Below are positions 1 through 9,000 of a DNA stretch of 64,000 bases, piece after piece (the stretch's first letter is position 1; each line of letters opens with the position of its first letter). The translations under genes and the position numbers were made by a program. Below the pieces are notes generated by a model. That model was not told the origin of the DNA and did not search any database. It worked only from the letters and a program-made list of their open reading frames with translations. The DNA is from Promethearchaeati archaeon SRVP18_Atabeyarchaeia-1 (GTDB lineage: Archaea; Asgardarchaeota; Atabeyarchaeia; Atabeyarchaeales; Atabeyarchaeaceae): NCBI GenBank assembly GCA_037308085.1, contig CP147779.1, positions 2,592,001 through 2,656,000 on the forward strand, written 5' to 3'.

Positions 1-888
1 TTCGTAGGCATGACCTAACTCATAACCGATCTGATATTCGATTGCGTCAATCCATTGCGCTACCGAGGGTTGAGAGATCCCCAGATCATGAGCGATTATC
101 TTTTGCTTATCACGCTCAAAGTAATAGCGACGATAGGCAATCAATTTTAGACCCAATGCTGTTGGCTTCCCAGTAGCTCCATATACTTCCTTGAGTTCAT
201 GTTCTTTGACCCAATCCTCAACATTGAAGTCAAAGGTAGGCGAGATATGTTCTGCGAGCTTTCCTTCTCTGAAGATAAAGCTATGACCACAAACATTGAC
301 CTGCGTGTCCTTGGTGCTTATCGCTGCCTTCTTGAATCTCAGTTCTGCTAAGAAGCTGATAGATTCCCTAAGCGTCCATTTAAGTGTAGGCAAACGAGCT
401 ATGTCAAGTATTCGCACTTTGTCATCTTTGAGAGCTTGTCGGAATGGGTTATCTTTGCTGATGGCTTCTCGGGGATCGCAAAGAGCGACATAGAATTCCT
501 CTACTTCTTTGAAGACCTTTTCCATGATCAGATCAAAGTCACTATCACCTTGCTCAGCAATGTGTTTGATAAAATCATTCTTGGCTTGCTTGAAGAACTT
601 GTTCAAGAAAAATACAGAGTACGAGAAGGAGCCGAACAGCTTACCCCATTTAAGTTGGGTATCAGTTAGATCGGCGGCTTTCGGGTTGGCGCGAATCTCG
701 CCCAAGTCAGCAACACTCAGAAGCTTATCCGCTAGATCCTCGGTGATCCTATCCTTGCCCCATACAGCGAGCCACTCCGCTATTTCTTTATCAGTCTCTA
801 GGCAAGCGATATCTTCCCTTTCAGCTTGCGTCAATTCGGGAATATCACTAACTTTGTTCATATCAATATTGACTTGCGATTCATTCAC
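1..888 (-). CDS. Hypothetical element protein with HTH (partial, runs off left edge; absent from ORF track)
   Basis: Manual translation from GTG 888 (GTGA overlap with upstream stop) is open for 296 codons to position 1: MNESQVNIDMNKV...YRRYYFERDKQKIIAHDLGISQPSVAQWI...GHAYE. The late segment resembles a sigma70-r4-like HTH. Confidence 0.75.
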   Translation of the reverse strand, partial: MNESQVNIDMNKVSDIPELTQAEREDIACLETDKEIAEWLAVWGKDRITEDLADKLLSVADLGEIRANPKAADLTDTQLKWGKLFGSFSYSVFFLNKFFKQAKNDFIKHIAEQGDSDFDLIMEKVFKEVEEFYVALCDPREAISKDNPFRQALKDDKVRILDIARLPTLKWTLRESISFLAELRFKKAAISTKDTQVNVCGHSFIFREGKLAEHISPTFDFNVEDWVKEHELKEVYGATGKPTALGLKLIAYRRYYFERDKQKIIAHDLGISQPSVAQWIDAIEYQIGYELGHAYE

Positions 889-1310
889 CAACCAAGTTCC
901 AACCCTTTCCTTTTGATTAGGGAGACATACGATTCTGGAATGCCGAACTTTCGACCTATCGCAGTTAGCGTCGTGCCTTTCTTCTTGTTCTTGATAGCGG
1001 CGTAAACTTCTTTCTGATCGATCCTTCCTCTATGTTTGATCGCTCTCTGTTTTCCCGTTCTAGCAGTGCTCTTACTCACGTTATATGCACTAAATTTACT
1101 TGGTTTCAATGGCTTCTTATTCAATGGGGCGAAATACCTTGGCACGAAATACTTGATTGAGCAGTTATCTTTCATGGGATCAGGACAATAGGTTACTTTT
1201 AGACGGCCATCCGGCAATTTCTTAACTTGCGTCTTGACCTTTTGCTTGCGGAGATTCTGAAGGAACTCTTCAATGGCAATTTCCTCATTTGAGAATGCGT
1301 AATCTCTCAT
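885..1310 (-). CDS. Basic protein with C-terminal HTH
   Basis: TTLTAIGRKFGIPESYVSLIKRK HTH pattern; GGAGG RBS upstream. Confidence 0.7.
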   Translation of the reverse strand: MRDYAFSNEEIAIEEFLQNLRKQKVKTQVKKLPDGRLKVTYCPDPMKDNCSIKYFVPRYFAPLNKKPLKPSKFSAYNVSKSTARTGKQRAIKHRGRIDQKEVYAAIKNKKKGTTLTAIGRKFGIPESYVSLIKRKGLELGW

Positions 1311-1342
1311 GATAACGCCTCCTTCATTACCAATTCAATATC

Positions 1343-1399
1343 AAAGAAAAGGGGAAATTAGGAAAGAGAGGGAACGAGATTGGGGAACCGCTCCCTCTC
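1343..1399 (-). terminator. Hairpin plus U/pyrimidine tract downstream of 147-aa membrane gene
   Basis: Arms 1366-1376 (GAGAGGGAACG) and 1389-1399 (CGCTCCCTCTC), followed on the minus strand by TTTCCTAATTTCCCCTTTTCTTT. Confidence 0.6.
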
Positions 1400-1441
1400 C
1401 GAACGTGCTTGTCTTAGATCGCGGAGGAACATGAGCTTGAT

Positions 1442-1885
1442 CTATTGCTTCGCGGATTGTCCCGCAACATAAATTCCGCAAGCGTATGCAACGATACCTA
1501 TGATCTCGAACAACGTATATACCCAAGTGGTTGTCAGAGAGAAATCCTCAGTTATGGTAATGATCCCTTGCATTTGCTGCCACATCCAATAGACACCAAG
1601 AAGCGCAAGCCCTGTTATCGCACCGAATACAGCACCCCAACCTTTGCTGTTAGTTCCAAGATATCCGAAGCCCACTGCACCAAAGATCGCTCCCGCAATG
1701 ATGGCACCGAAAATCTCAGCAAGAACAATGAGATCGCCTCCCACTATGTTGGCATAGATTACGTTCCAATCACCGAAGAACGTGATCTGAAGGACGGGAT
1801 ACAGGAATAGTAATGCCGCTACTATCGCACTAAGGAATCCACCAAGCTTCCCGACACTGAAACGATCCTCACAAGCCATTTTCAC
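1442..1885 (-). CDS. Gly-rich integral membrane protein, about 4 TM helices
   Basis: Four hydrophobic segments with GxxxG/AxxxG patterns; GGAGG RBS. Confidence 0.75.
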   Translation of the reverse strand: MKMACEDRFSVGKLGGFLSAIVAALLFLYPVLQITFFGDWNVIYANIVGGDLIVLAEIFGAIIAGAIFGAVGFGYLGTNSKGWGAVFGAITGLALLGVYWMWQQMQGIITITEDFSLTTTWVYTLFEIIGIVAYACGIYVAGQSAKQ

Positions 1886-1948
1886 TTATCGCCTCCTAAG
1901 GTCCTCAACCTCATGTGGCTCATTCCTCGCAGATAGATAACGGAATGA

Positions 1949-2125
1949 TTATGCAATAGCCCTCTCGACCAGACGAACCATATTCCCGCAACTTCGGCAT
2001 CGGTGCCAGTGAATAGTATAGGACATTCTTACGTCCTCTCGGATTGGCTCAACTATCGTGTTGAGTTGCCAATCATATCGATTGCCACAAGGACAGACGA
2101 GACCTCGATCAACTTTGTTGCTCAA
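1949..2125 (-). CDS. Small Zn-ribbon protein (58 aa; below ORF-track cutoff)
   Basis: TTG start after GGAGG; MSNKVDRGLVCPCGNRYDWQ...HRCRSCGNMVRLVERAIA. Confidence 0.65.
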   Translation of the reverse strand: MSNKVDRGLVCPCGNRYDWQLNTIVEPIREDVRMSYTIHWHRCRSCGNMVRLVERAIA

Positions 2126-2285
2126 GTTTATCGTCTCCTCCTATGGTTCGCTCAAGGTCAGCCTTCAATCTAAGCAATGCTTCTCTATTTGTCTTCAAAT
2201 TGTTACATCGTTCCGTGTTCCCACATTTGCTAAGCTTCTCGTCTATCTTAGTCAGCTCTTTCTTGATCTGATCCAAGTTCTTCAT
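2109..2285 (-). CDS. Small coiled-coil protein (58 aa)
   Basis: ATG 2285 after GGTGA RBS with ATGA overlap; MKNLDQIKKELTKIDEKLSK... Confidence 0.6.
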   Translation of the reverse strand: MKNLDQIKKELTKIDEKLSKCGNTERCNNLKTNREALLRLKADLERTIGGDDKLEQQS

Positions 2286-2398
2286 TTGCTCACCTTCTTT
2301 CTTGGTCTGCGCCAATGTTGTGTTGCGAGGAACACTAAGACAGCGATAGCGGGGATCACGAGCAAAGCGAGAGGCTCCGTGGTAAGAACGATGCTCAT
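2282..2398 (-). CDS. 38-aa single-TM peptide
   Basis: MSIVLTTEPLALLVIPAIAVLVFLATQHWRRPRKKVSK; ATGA overlaps at both ends. Confidence 0.6.
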   Translation of the reverse strand: MSIVLTTEPLALLVIPAIAVLVFLATQHWRRPRKKVSK

Positions 2399-2571
2399 TT
2401 CTTCCTTCGTTCCTCCTTCTCCTTGATCGGCTTGATGACGATTGATCTACCTCTGATCTCAACAGAGACGCACCGAACATTTCTGAGGGGATAGTGTTTG
2501 TCATTCTGCAAGAAAGCGGGAATATGGATGTTCTGTCCACCAACTTCACAAACCTTGGATCTGCCCCTCAA
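2395..2571 (-). CDS. AbrB/SpoVT-like swapped-hairpin DNA-binding protein (58 aa)
   Basis: TTG start; MRGRSKVCEVGGQNIHIPAFLQNDKHYPLRNVRCVSVEIRGRSIVIKPIKE... fits the IP...D..yP....V.vei.g..ivikp pattern. Confidence 0.55.
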   Translation of the reverse strand: MRGRSKVCEVGGQNIHIPAFLQNDKHYPLRNVRCVSVEIRGRSIVIKPIKEKEERRKK

Positions 2572-2584
2572 GTTCTTAGCACTC

Positions 2585-2602
2585 TCGATAGAATTCTATC
2601 GA
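2585..2602. promoter_or_regulatory. Perfect 18-bp palindrome, candidate operator
   Basis: TCGATAGAATTCTATCGA in the divergent intergenic region, just upstream of the leftward operon. Confidence 0.5.
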
Positions 2603-2825
2603 AACTAACTCCGGCTTCTGCGCTCTTAAGCTGGAGCGGAATCCATAGATCGAGAGAAAAGAGCGACGTAACTATCAAGGATATCCGAATGACCCGAGTG
2701 ATAGGCGGATAGCTCTGCTATCGATCTACCAGCTTGTTGGGGATCTAGCGAATTTTGACGGAACACCGCAGAGGTTATATGAGAGTTTTATCTTAATAAA
2801 GAATCGGAATCAGGAGGCTCGATGA

Positions 2826-3146
2826 ATGACAAAGATGATTGGCTTTGCAGTAACAGAGACGGCACATAGAAAACTAAAGACTTACTGCGCTCAGATCGGC
2901 AAATCGATGAGCAGAGTTCTAACCGAGTATTTTCAAGGGCTGCCCGCAACGGCGCCAAGAACGACCAATAACGAAACCCGGCTATCGAATATAGATCCTA
3001 TTAGATTGATAGCCCACGTAGATGAAAGCCTGGCAATCAAGTTTAACAAACATTGCAAGAAAGTTGGCAAGAGTAGGGACAAAGTTCTCGACGAGTTCAT
3101 TCAATCTCTGCCGAAGCGCCCGATCATAGAGGTTAGAGAGAGATGA
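2826..3146 (+). CDS. Tandem ribbon-helix-helix (CopG/ParG-like) repressor
   Basis: Two RHH units: MIGFAVTETAHRKLKTYCAQIGKSMSRVLTEYF and LIAHVDESLAIKFNKHCKKVGKSRDKVLDEFI. Confidence 0.75.
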   Translation: MTKMIGFAVTETAHRKLKTYCAQIGKSMSRVLTEYFQGLPATAPRTTNNETRLSNIDPIRLIAHVDESLAIKFNKHCKKVGKSRDKVLDEFIQSLPKRPIIEVRER

Positions 3147-3367
3147 GCAAGACAGATCCTTCTGATTTGCTGCCTGAAGAAATCATGTTGGTAATAGACA
3201 AAATGCTCGCTGCAATCAAGCAAAGGATGGTCGAAGAGTTCAACGTAATACTTCAAGACCCCTACGTCCGAAAAGATGAGCAATTCAAGAACGATGCCAT
3301 GCGCCAACGATATACAGTGCTTGTGCTTCGGAATCGGCTGAAATGGTTGATAGGTGATAATGAATGA
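3143..3367 (+). CDS. Hypothetical helical protein
   Basis: ATGA overlaps with both neighbours in the rep operon. Confidence 0.65.
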   Translation: MSKTDPSDLLPEEIMLVIDKMLAAIKQRMVEEFNVILQDPYVRKDEQFKNDAMRQRYTVLVLRNRLKWLIGDNE

Positions 3368-5064
3368 GCGATAAAGTCAAGTCTGATCCAGCGGAGGTCA
3401 AAGGCAAGAAGACTGAGATGGATACCTGCGGGGTCATAGGTTGTGCTGAGGTTGCCACCAGAGCCGTCTTCAAGAAGAGGATCGCTAAGCTAACCGAAGC
3501 AGGTCTGCAAGTAAAGACGGAAGGAAAGCACGTTAATCTCTGCGAGAAGCACTACGAGCTTACGAAAGAAGAGGCTGAGAAGGAGAAGCCCAAAGACTGC
3601 AAACCTTGTGGGGTGCTAGATAACGGAACTGTTTTCGAGTCGATTTACCTTGATAAGAAGCCATGCTTCCTTTGTTATGATGGGAAGAAGTTCTATACTG
3701 AGAACTCTGTTTTCGTTGAGGATGTGGAATATTCACCGACGACCAGAGATCAAGTGCCATATAGACCCTACCAGTTCTCACAGGCTGAGATAGATTACTA
3801 TAATGCGAATTCGGCCATCTCTGGTTTTGCGCTATATGAGAAAGTCAAGACGGAATTTGACACATTCATTTGCGCTGAGGATCCAATAATACTATCAAAC
3901 ACGATTAGGACGATAGAAAGCTATGTGCAACATTTGGAGAGCAGCGTAGGTTATGGTGATGTTCTTGGAGCCAAAGGATCAGGAAAGACTAGACTTCTTG
4001 AACTATACAATTACTTGGGTTACAGACCCATGTTCTGCACCAATGCGCCTAGCGCGGATATCTTTCGCTATTTAGGTTTTCATGGCGCAGGTAACGGCAT
4101 GATCCTAGAGGACGAGTGCGATAAGATGGAAGAAGACGTCGAAAAAATGAAGATATACCGATCTGGTTATAGGAAAGGTGCCAAAGTTCCGAGAATGGAA
4201 CAGAGTTTTCGGGGTGGCTTCGACCAAGTATTCTTTCCAACTTATTGCATTAAGGTCTTTGCCGGCATTGATGGGGTTAAGGACACGACTCTTAGGGATA
4301 GATGCGATGATACTCAAATGATTAGGGCTGATCCTTTGAAGGACGAGATCGTAGATGAAGAATCAGCAGAGGAGGGAACGCCTCTGACCCCTGAGTATAT
4401 TGACACGATGCGGTTTGACCTGATAAAGAAGGAGCTACTGGTCTGGAGAATGCAAAACTACCATACTCATTTGCCTGCCGCTCCGAATTTGATCTTCAAA
4501 GGTCGTTTCAAGGAAATATGGAAAGGGAAACTTAGGATCGCCCTTCTAATCGATCCGAATGATCACAAGGTCTATGACCAATTATATGATCACGCATTGG
4601 CTCTATGGAAGGAAGAGGAGGAGAATATTCAAACCAGCATGAACGCTGACCTAGCCAAAGCTTGCATGATCGCTTATTTCAGAGCAGGTCGGAAGGACTT
4701 GTTATTCAAAATTCCCTGGGGGGTTTTTCAGTGGATCGTGGGTGTTGCTCCCATAAATGAGAGTGCTAGAGCAATCGATACGGAGAACTACGGAACTATC
4801 TCATCGAGATGGATTGCCAAAATACTTAGGAATGAATTCGGCTTCAAGACCAAGAGGATATCACTTGGTCTATTAATTCAGGTCCGAGAAGCAGAGGGGA
4901 AGTTTGTGAAGATCCTAAAGAAGTATCACATCAAGACAGACGAAGTCGAGGCGCTCAATAAGAGATTTGAAGAGGAAACACTTGCACCTGCCAAAGACTC
5001 TGCCAAGAGCCTAGAAGATACTTTTGGGAATGCGCCAGATAATGCCGCTGACCAAGCAAAGTAG
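3364..5064 (+). CDS. P-loop NTPase, putative replication initiator/helicase of the element (resembles DUF3631-associated ATPases)
   Basis: Walker A GAKGSGKT, Walker B MILEDECD, GYRKGAKVPR, Arg-finger-like LRDRC; N-terminal Cys/His cluster CGVIGC...CEKH. Confidence 0.7.
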   Translation: MSDKVKSDPAEVKGKKTEMDTCGVIGCAEVATRAVFKKRIAKLTEAGLQVKTEGKHVNLCEKHYELTKEEAEKEKPKDCKPCGVLDNGTVFESIYLDKKPCFLCYDGKKFYTENSVFVEDVEYSPTTRDQVPYRPYQFSQAEIDYYNANSAISGFALYEKVKTEFDTFICAEDPIILSNTIRTIESYVQHLESSVGYGDVLGAKGSGKTRLLELYNYLGYRPMFCTNAPSADIFRYLGFHGAGNGMILEDECDKMEEDVEKMKIYRSGYRKGAKVPRMEQSFRGGFDQVFFPTYCIKVFAGIDGVKDTTLRDRCDDTQMIRADPLKDEIVDEESAEEGTPLTPEYIDTMRFDLIKKELLVWRMQNYHTHLPAAPNLIFKGRFKEIWKGKLRIALLIDPNDHKVYDQLYDHALALWKEEEENIQTSMNADLAKACMIAYFRAGRKDLLFKIPWGVFQWIVGVAPINESARAIDTENYGTISSRWIAKILRNEFGFKTKRISLGLLIQVREAEGKFVKILKKYHIKTDEVEALNKRFEEETLAPAKDSAKSLEDTFGNAPDNAADQAK

Positions 5065-5095
5065 CGCTCTATAATTAGCACTTTTGAGGATCTAG

Positions 5096-5329
5096 AGAGA
5101 ACTGAGTCATCTGGATCATTTGAGTCATTTGGATCATTTGGATCCTCTGAGTCATTCTAGCTAATTGGGCGCTCGGAGACGCGCTCTAGAAGAGGTTCTT
5201 CAAGCTCTAGAAATATGATAGCTCAAGAACCTCATCCCATAAGCGTCTTGGCGGTGCATATTATCGATAATGACTCAAATGACTGAAATGACTCAAATGA
5301 CTCAAATGATCCAGATGACTCAGTTCTCT
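5096..5329. repeat. 234-bp imperfect palindrome with 2x6 inverted 9-bp iterons; candidate replication origin
   Basis: Arms 5096-5156 and 5269-5329 match at 54/61 positions; unit TGAGTCATT or TGGATCATT; lies immediately after the rep-like stop. Confidence 0.9.
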
Positions 5330-5383
5330 GTTTTCTAGCTTGATCTGAAGCCATTAGCTATCATGACCCAGAACACGAGCGCC

Positions 5384-5722
5384 TCAACCAAATACGTCCA
5401 TCAGATTCTTATCAGATTCCACTGGCTTCGTTTGCGGTCTCTTCCTAGGCATGTGTCCTCTCCTCGATCTCCGAGGCATATAATATTCCCGCTCAGCTAC
5501 TTCCTTCCACGCCGCTGCGCGCTCCTCGTCAGTAAATAAATCAGGCGTTTTCTCTTCCCTCCTTTCTGGTTTATTTCTTCTACAGAGAATGTATTCCCAT
5601 GACTTTAAAACGCTTGTGTGGGAACTCCGAGAGCGCCCGGCATCTAACCATCTTGCTGGTTGATCCAGAACCCTGCGCGCAGTCATATATGTCTCATAGT
5701 ATATCGAGGGGAGGGAAGGCAC
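5384..5722 (-). CDS. Hypothetical basic protein
   Basis: 112-aa ORF convergent with rep; no recognisable motif. Confidence 0.35.
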   Translation of the reverse strand: MPSLPSIYYETYMTARRVLDQPARWLDAGRSRSSHTSVLKSWEYILCRRNKPERREEKTPDLFTDEERAAAWKEVAEREYYMPRRSRRGHMPRKRPQTKPVESDKNLMDVFG

Positions 5723-6042
5723 GAAAGAAATAGAGGGAATGGCTTCGATCCAATAGCCAACCTCAAGGTCATAGGCGATCTATTGCGCCCCCTTGATATT
5801 GTTCTTCTTGGTTGCCTGGAGAGGTTGAGTATCATTACGCACTTATTAGTATTGGAAGCTCGTCTATAAGAGAGCTTCAGAACCTAATGGGATCCCGGCA
5901 TCTGCTCAGAACTCCCGATCGAGGTTATATTGACAGTCGGTAGATGCGATCGCATAGTTAATATATGACCTCCCCTGCCATTGTCAAAAGAACATAAAAT
6001 GGAAAATTAAAGAGGATCTGTAGAGGAACGGGGGGTAGCCAT

Positions 6043-9000
6043 ATGGTAACCAAGGACCAGGCAAAAGAGCATATCAAGAAACTAGTTGAGACTTTCAAGA
6101 GCAACATTGATCAGTATCAACAAGCGAGTTACAAAGAAGCTCACGTCAGAAAAGAGTTCATCGATAAGTTCTTTGTTGCGTTAGGATGGGATGTCTACAA
6201 TGATGAAGGGAGGTCTGAGCGATACAAGGAGGTCATAAATGAGGACGCAATAAAGATTGGTGGAAAGACCAAAGCACCTGACTACGCCTTCAGAATTGGC
6301 GGAACAAGGATATTCTTTGTCGAGGCAAAGAAACCATCTATCAACATCAAGGAAGACGCTGAACCTGCTTTTCAACTTAGAAGATATGCATGGAACTCAA
6401 AAATCCCTCTTTCCATACTAACAGATTTTGAGGAATTCATAGCCTATGATTGCAGAGTCAAGCCTTCTCCGAAGGATGGCCCTGCTGTTGCACGGCTATT
6501 TAATCTGAACTTCGAAGAATATATGGACAAATTCGATACTATCTGGGATATCTTCTCAAAAGAGGCAGTTCTGAAAGGAAACTTTGATAGATATGTGGAA
6601 ACAAGTCAGGGGAAGAAAGGAACTTCTGAGGTAGATAGCGAATTCCTAAGTGAAATAGAGGCATGGAGAGATACATTAGCAAGGAATATTGCACTCAGGA
6701 ATCCCAAATTATCGATTTCTGAGTTGAATTATGCGTTACAGAAAACTATCGACAGAATCTTGTTCTTAAGAATCTGCGAGGATAGAAACATAGAAGACTA
6801 TGAAAAACTGAAAACCATAGTTCAAAACCCTGGCACATATGTATCATTATTGGGTTACTTCAGATTAGCAGACGAGAAGTATAACAGTGGAATCTTCGGT
6901 TTCGCTGATGACAGGATAACCGAGAAAATGGATATTGATGACAAACCTCTCAAAGATATCATAACCAGTCTTTACTACCCTTACTCCCCTTATGACTTCT
7001 CAGTTCTCAACGTTGAGATCTTGGGTAGCGTTTATGAAAGATTTCTTGGAAAGACTGTCAGGCTGACGAGCTCACATCAGGCGAAAGTTGAAGAAAAACC
7101 AGAGGTCAAAATAGCTGGTGGCGTCTACTACACCCCCGAATTCGTTGTCGATTACATAGTAAAAGAGACTGTCGGCAGGCTGATCGAAGGAAAATCACCT
7201 GAAGAGATCGAGAAAATAAGGATCCTCGATCCTGCGTGTGGCTCTGGAACTTTTTTGGTCAGAGCATATTCTTGCCTATTGGATTATCATCTCAACTATT
7301 ACTTGGGGAATCCGACAAAGTACTCAAAGGAGATCGTTCAACTGAAGGAAAACCAGTGGTTTTTGACTACTAGTACGAGGAAGAAGATACTGCTGAACAA
7401 CATCTTCGGCGTGGATATTGATCCTCAAGCTGTTGAGTTGACAAAACTGAGCCTCCTGCTCAAGGTCTTAGAGAATGAAACCAAAGAAACCGTCAACCAC
7501 CAAATGAAACTATCTCGGGAAAGAGCTTTACCAGACTTGGATAATAACGTTCGATGTGGCAACTCTTTGGTCGATTCCTCGTACTTAAAGCAGACTACTC
7601 TGGTCCCTAACGCAGAAGAACTAGCTAAGGTCAATCCATTCGATTGGGAAGACAAACAGAGTGGCTTTGGCAAAGCCATGAAAGATGTACGATTTGATGT
7701 AATCATAGGAAATCCGCCTTATGTCAAAGAAGATGTCAGAAAGGAGATTTTTGATGCAGTCAAACGCACAAACCTAAAGAAATACTACCAAGGAAAAATG
7801 GATTACTGGTATTTCTTTACATGCAAAGCAATAGACCTGATGAAAGAAGGTGGGTTACATAGTTTCATTGCTCAAAACAACTGGATAACCAGCGATGGAG
7901 CCTCAATCCTCAGAGACAAGATATTATCGGAAACAAGAATGGTAAAATTCTTTGATTTTAATGAATTCAAGGTCTTCAAGAAAGCAAGCATTCAGACAAT
8001 GGTTTTTGTCTTAGAAAGAAGAGAGACCACCGAGCCCTACCTCGTAGACTACTATAAGATTCTTGGTAGAGATGTTACAAAAGAAGAACTAAGGAATTAC
8101 CTCATGGCAGGCGGAGACGGCAAAAACTTGGAACACTCCGAAGTGACGATTTCACCCAAAGAGCTGATTGGTAAGACTATAACATTCACGGATCCAAAAA
8201 TCAACCGCATCATAGACAAGATCTATTCTAAAGGTAACATGTTCTTGAAGAGTGAAGATATAGGTAACGGGATAGATGTGTTGCAGGACTTTGTGTCGAG
8301 TGAACACCTAGAGATTCTAAAAGACTCGAGTATCAGCAAAGGAGACGGTATATTTGTTTTGAATAAGGAAGAAGTGAGAAAGCTAGGCTTCAACAAGACC
8401 GAGCTAGAGAAGATCAAGCCCTATTACACCTCCCGGGAGCTATTGAAATACTTCGGGGACGTTAGGAATAGGCACTGGATCATATACGCCGATAAAGATG
8501 TTAGAAGCAACATCAGTAGTTATCCAAATATCAAGAACCATTTAGATCGGTTTAGGAAGGTGCTGACTTCCGTATTCAAACCTTATGGACTGCACAGACC
8601 ACGGGAGCGGAAATTCTTCGAAGGAGAGAAAATACTTTCTCTGAGAAAAACGAAGGAGGTTTCGTTCACATATACCGACTTCCCGTGTTACGTTTCGAGA
8701 GCTTTCCTAATAATAAAGTCTCCAGACATAGATCTAAAGTATTTGACGGGATTACTGAACTCGAAGCTCGTGAATTTCTGGTTGTATCACAAGGGTAAGA
8801 AACAAGGAGAACAGCTCCAAGTCGATAAGAATCCATTAATGAAACTTCCAATTTATAAGCCAAATAACAAAGTCAGAGACGAGCTCAACACACAAGATGA
8901 GATATCGAGAACGGTCGATATGATAATTGAAACCAGCAAGAAGCTACTAGGCACAAAACTGGCTTCTGAGGAGACCATCCTGAGAAAACAAATTTCAACT

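Noticed and set aside
2109-2549. 146-aa ORF as listed in the ORF track
   Set aside because: Only the last 58 codons have an RBS and overlap logic. The upstream part is better explained by two genes in other frames.
5096-5329. CRISPR array
   Set aside because: The units are 9 bp, contiguous, have no unique spacers and are arranged as inverted arms. No cas genes are in the window.
5384-5842. In-frame TAG (5780-5782) readthrough extending ORF 5384-5722 to GTG 5842
   Set aside because: The extension has no recognisable homology, there is no pyrrolysine machinery in view, and TAG is used as a normal stop throughout the window.
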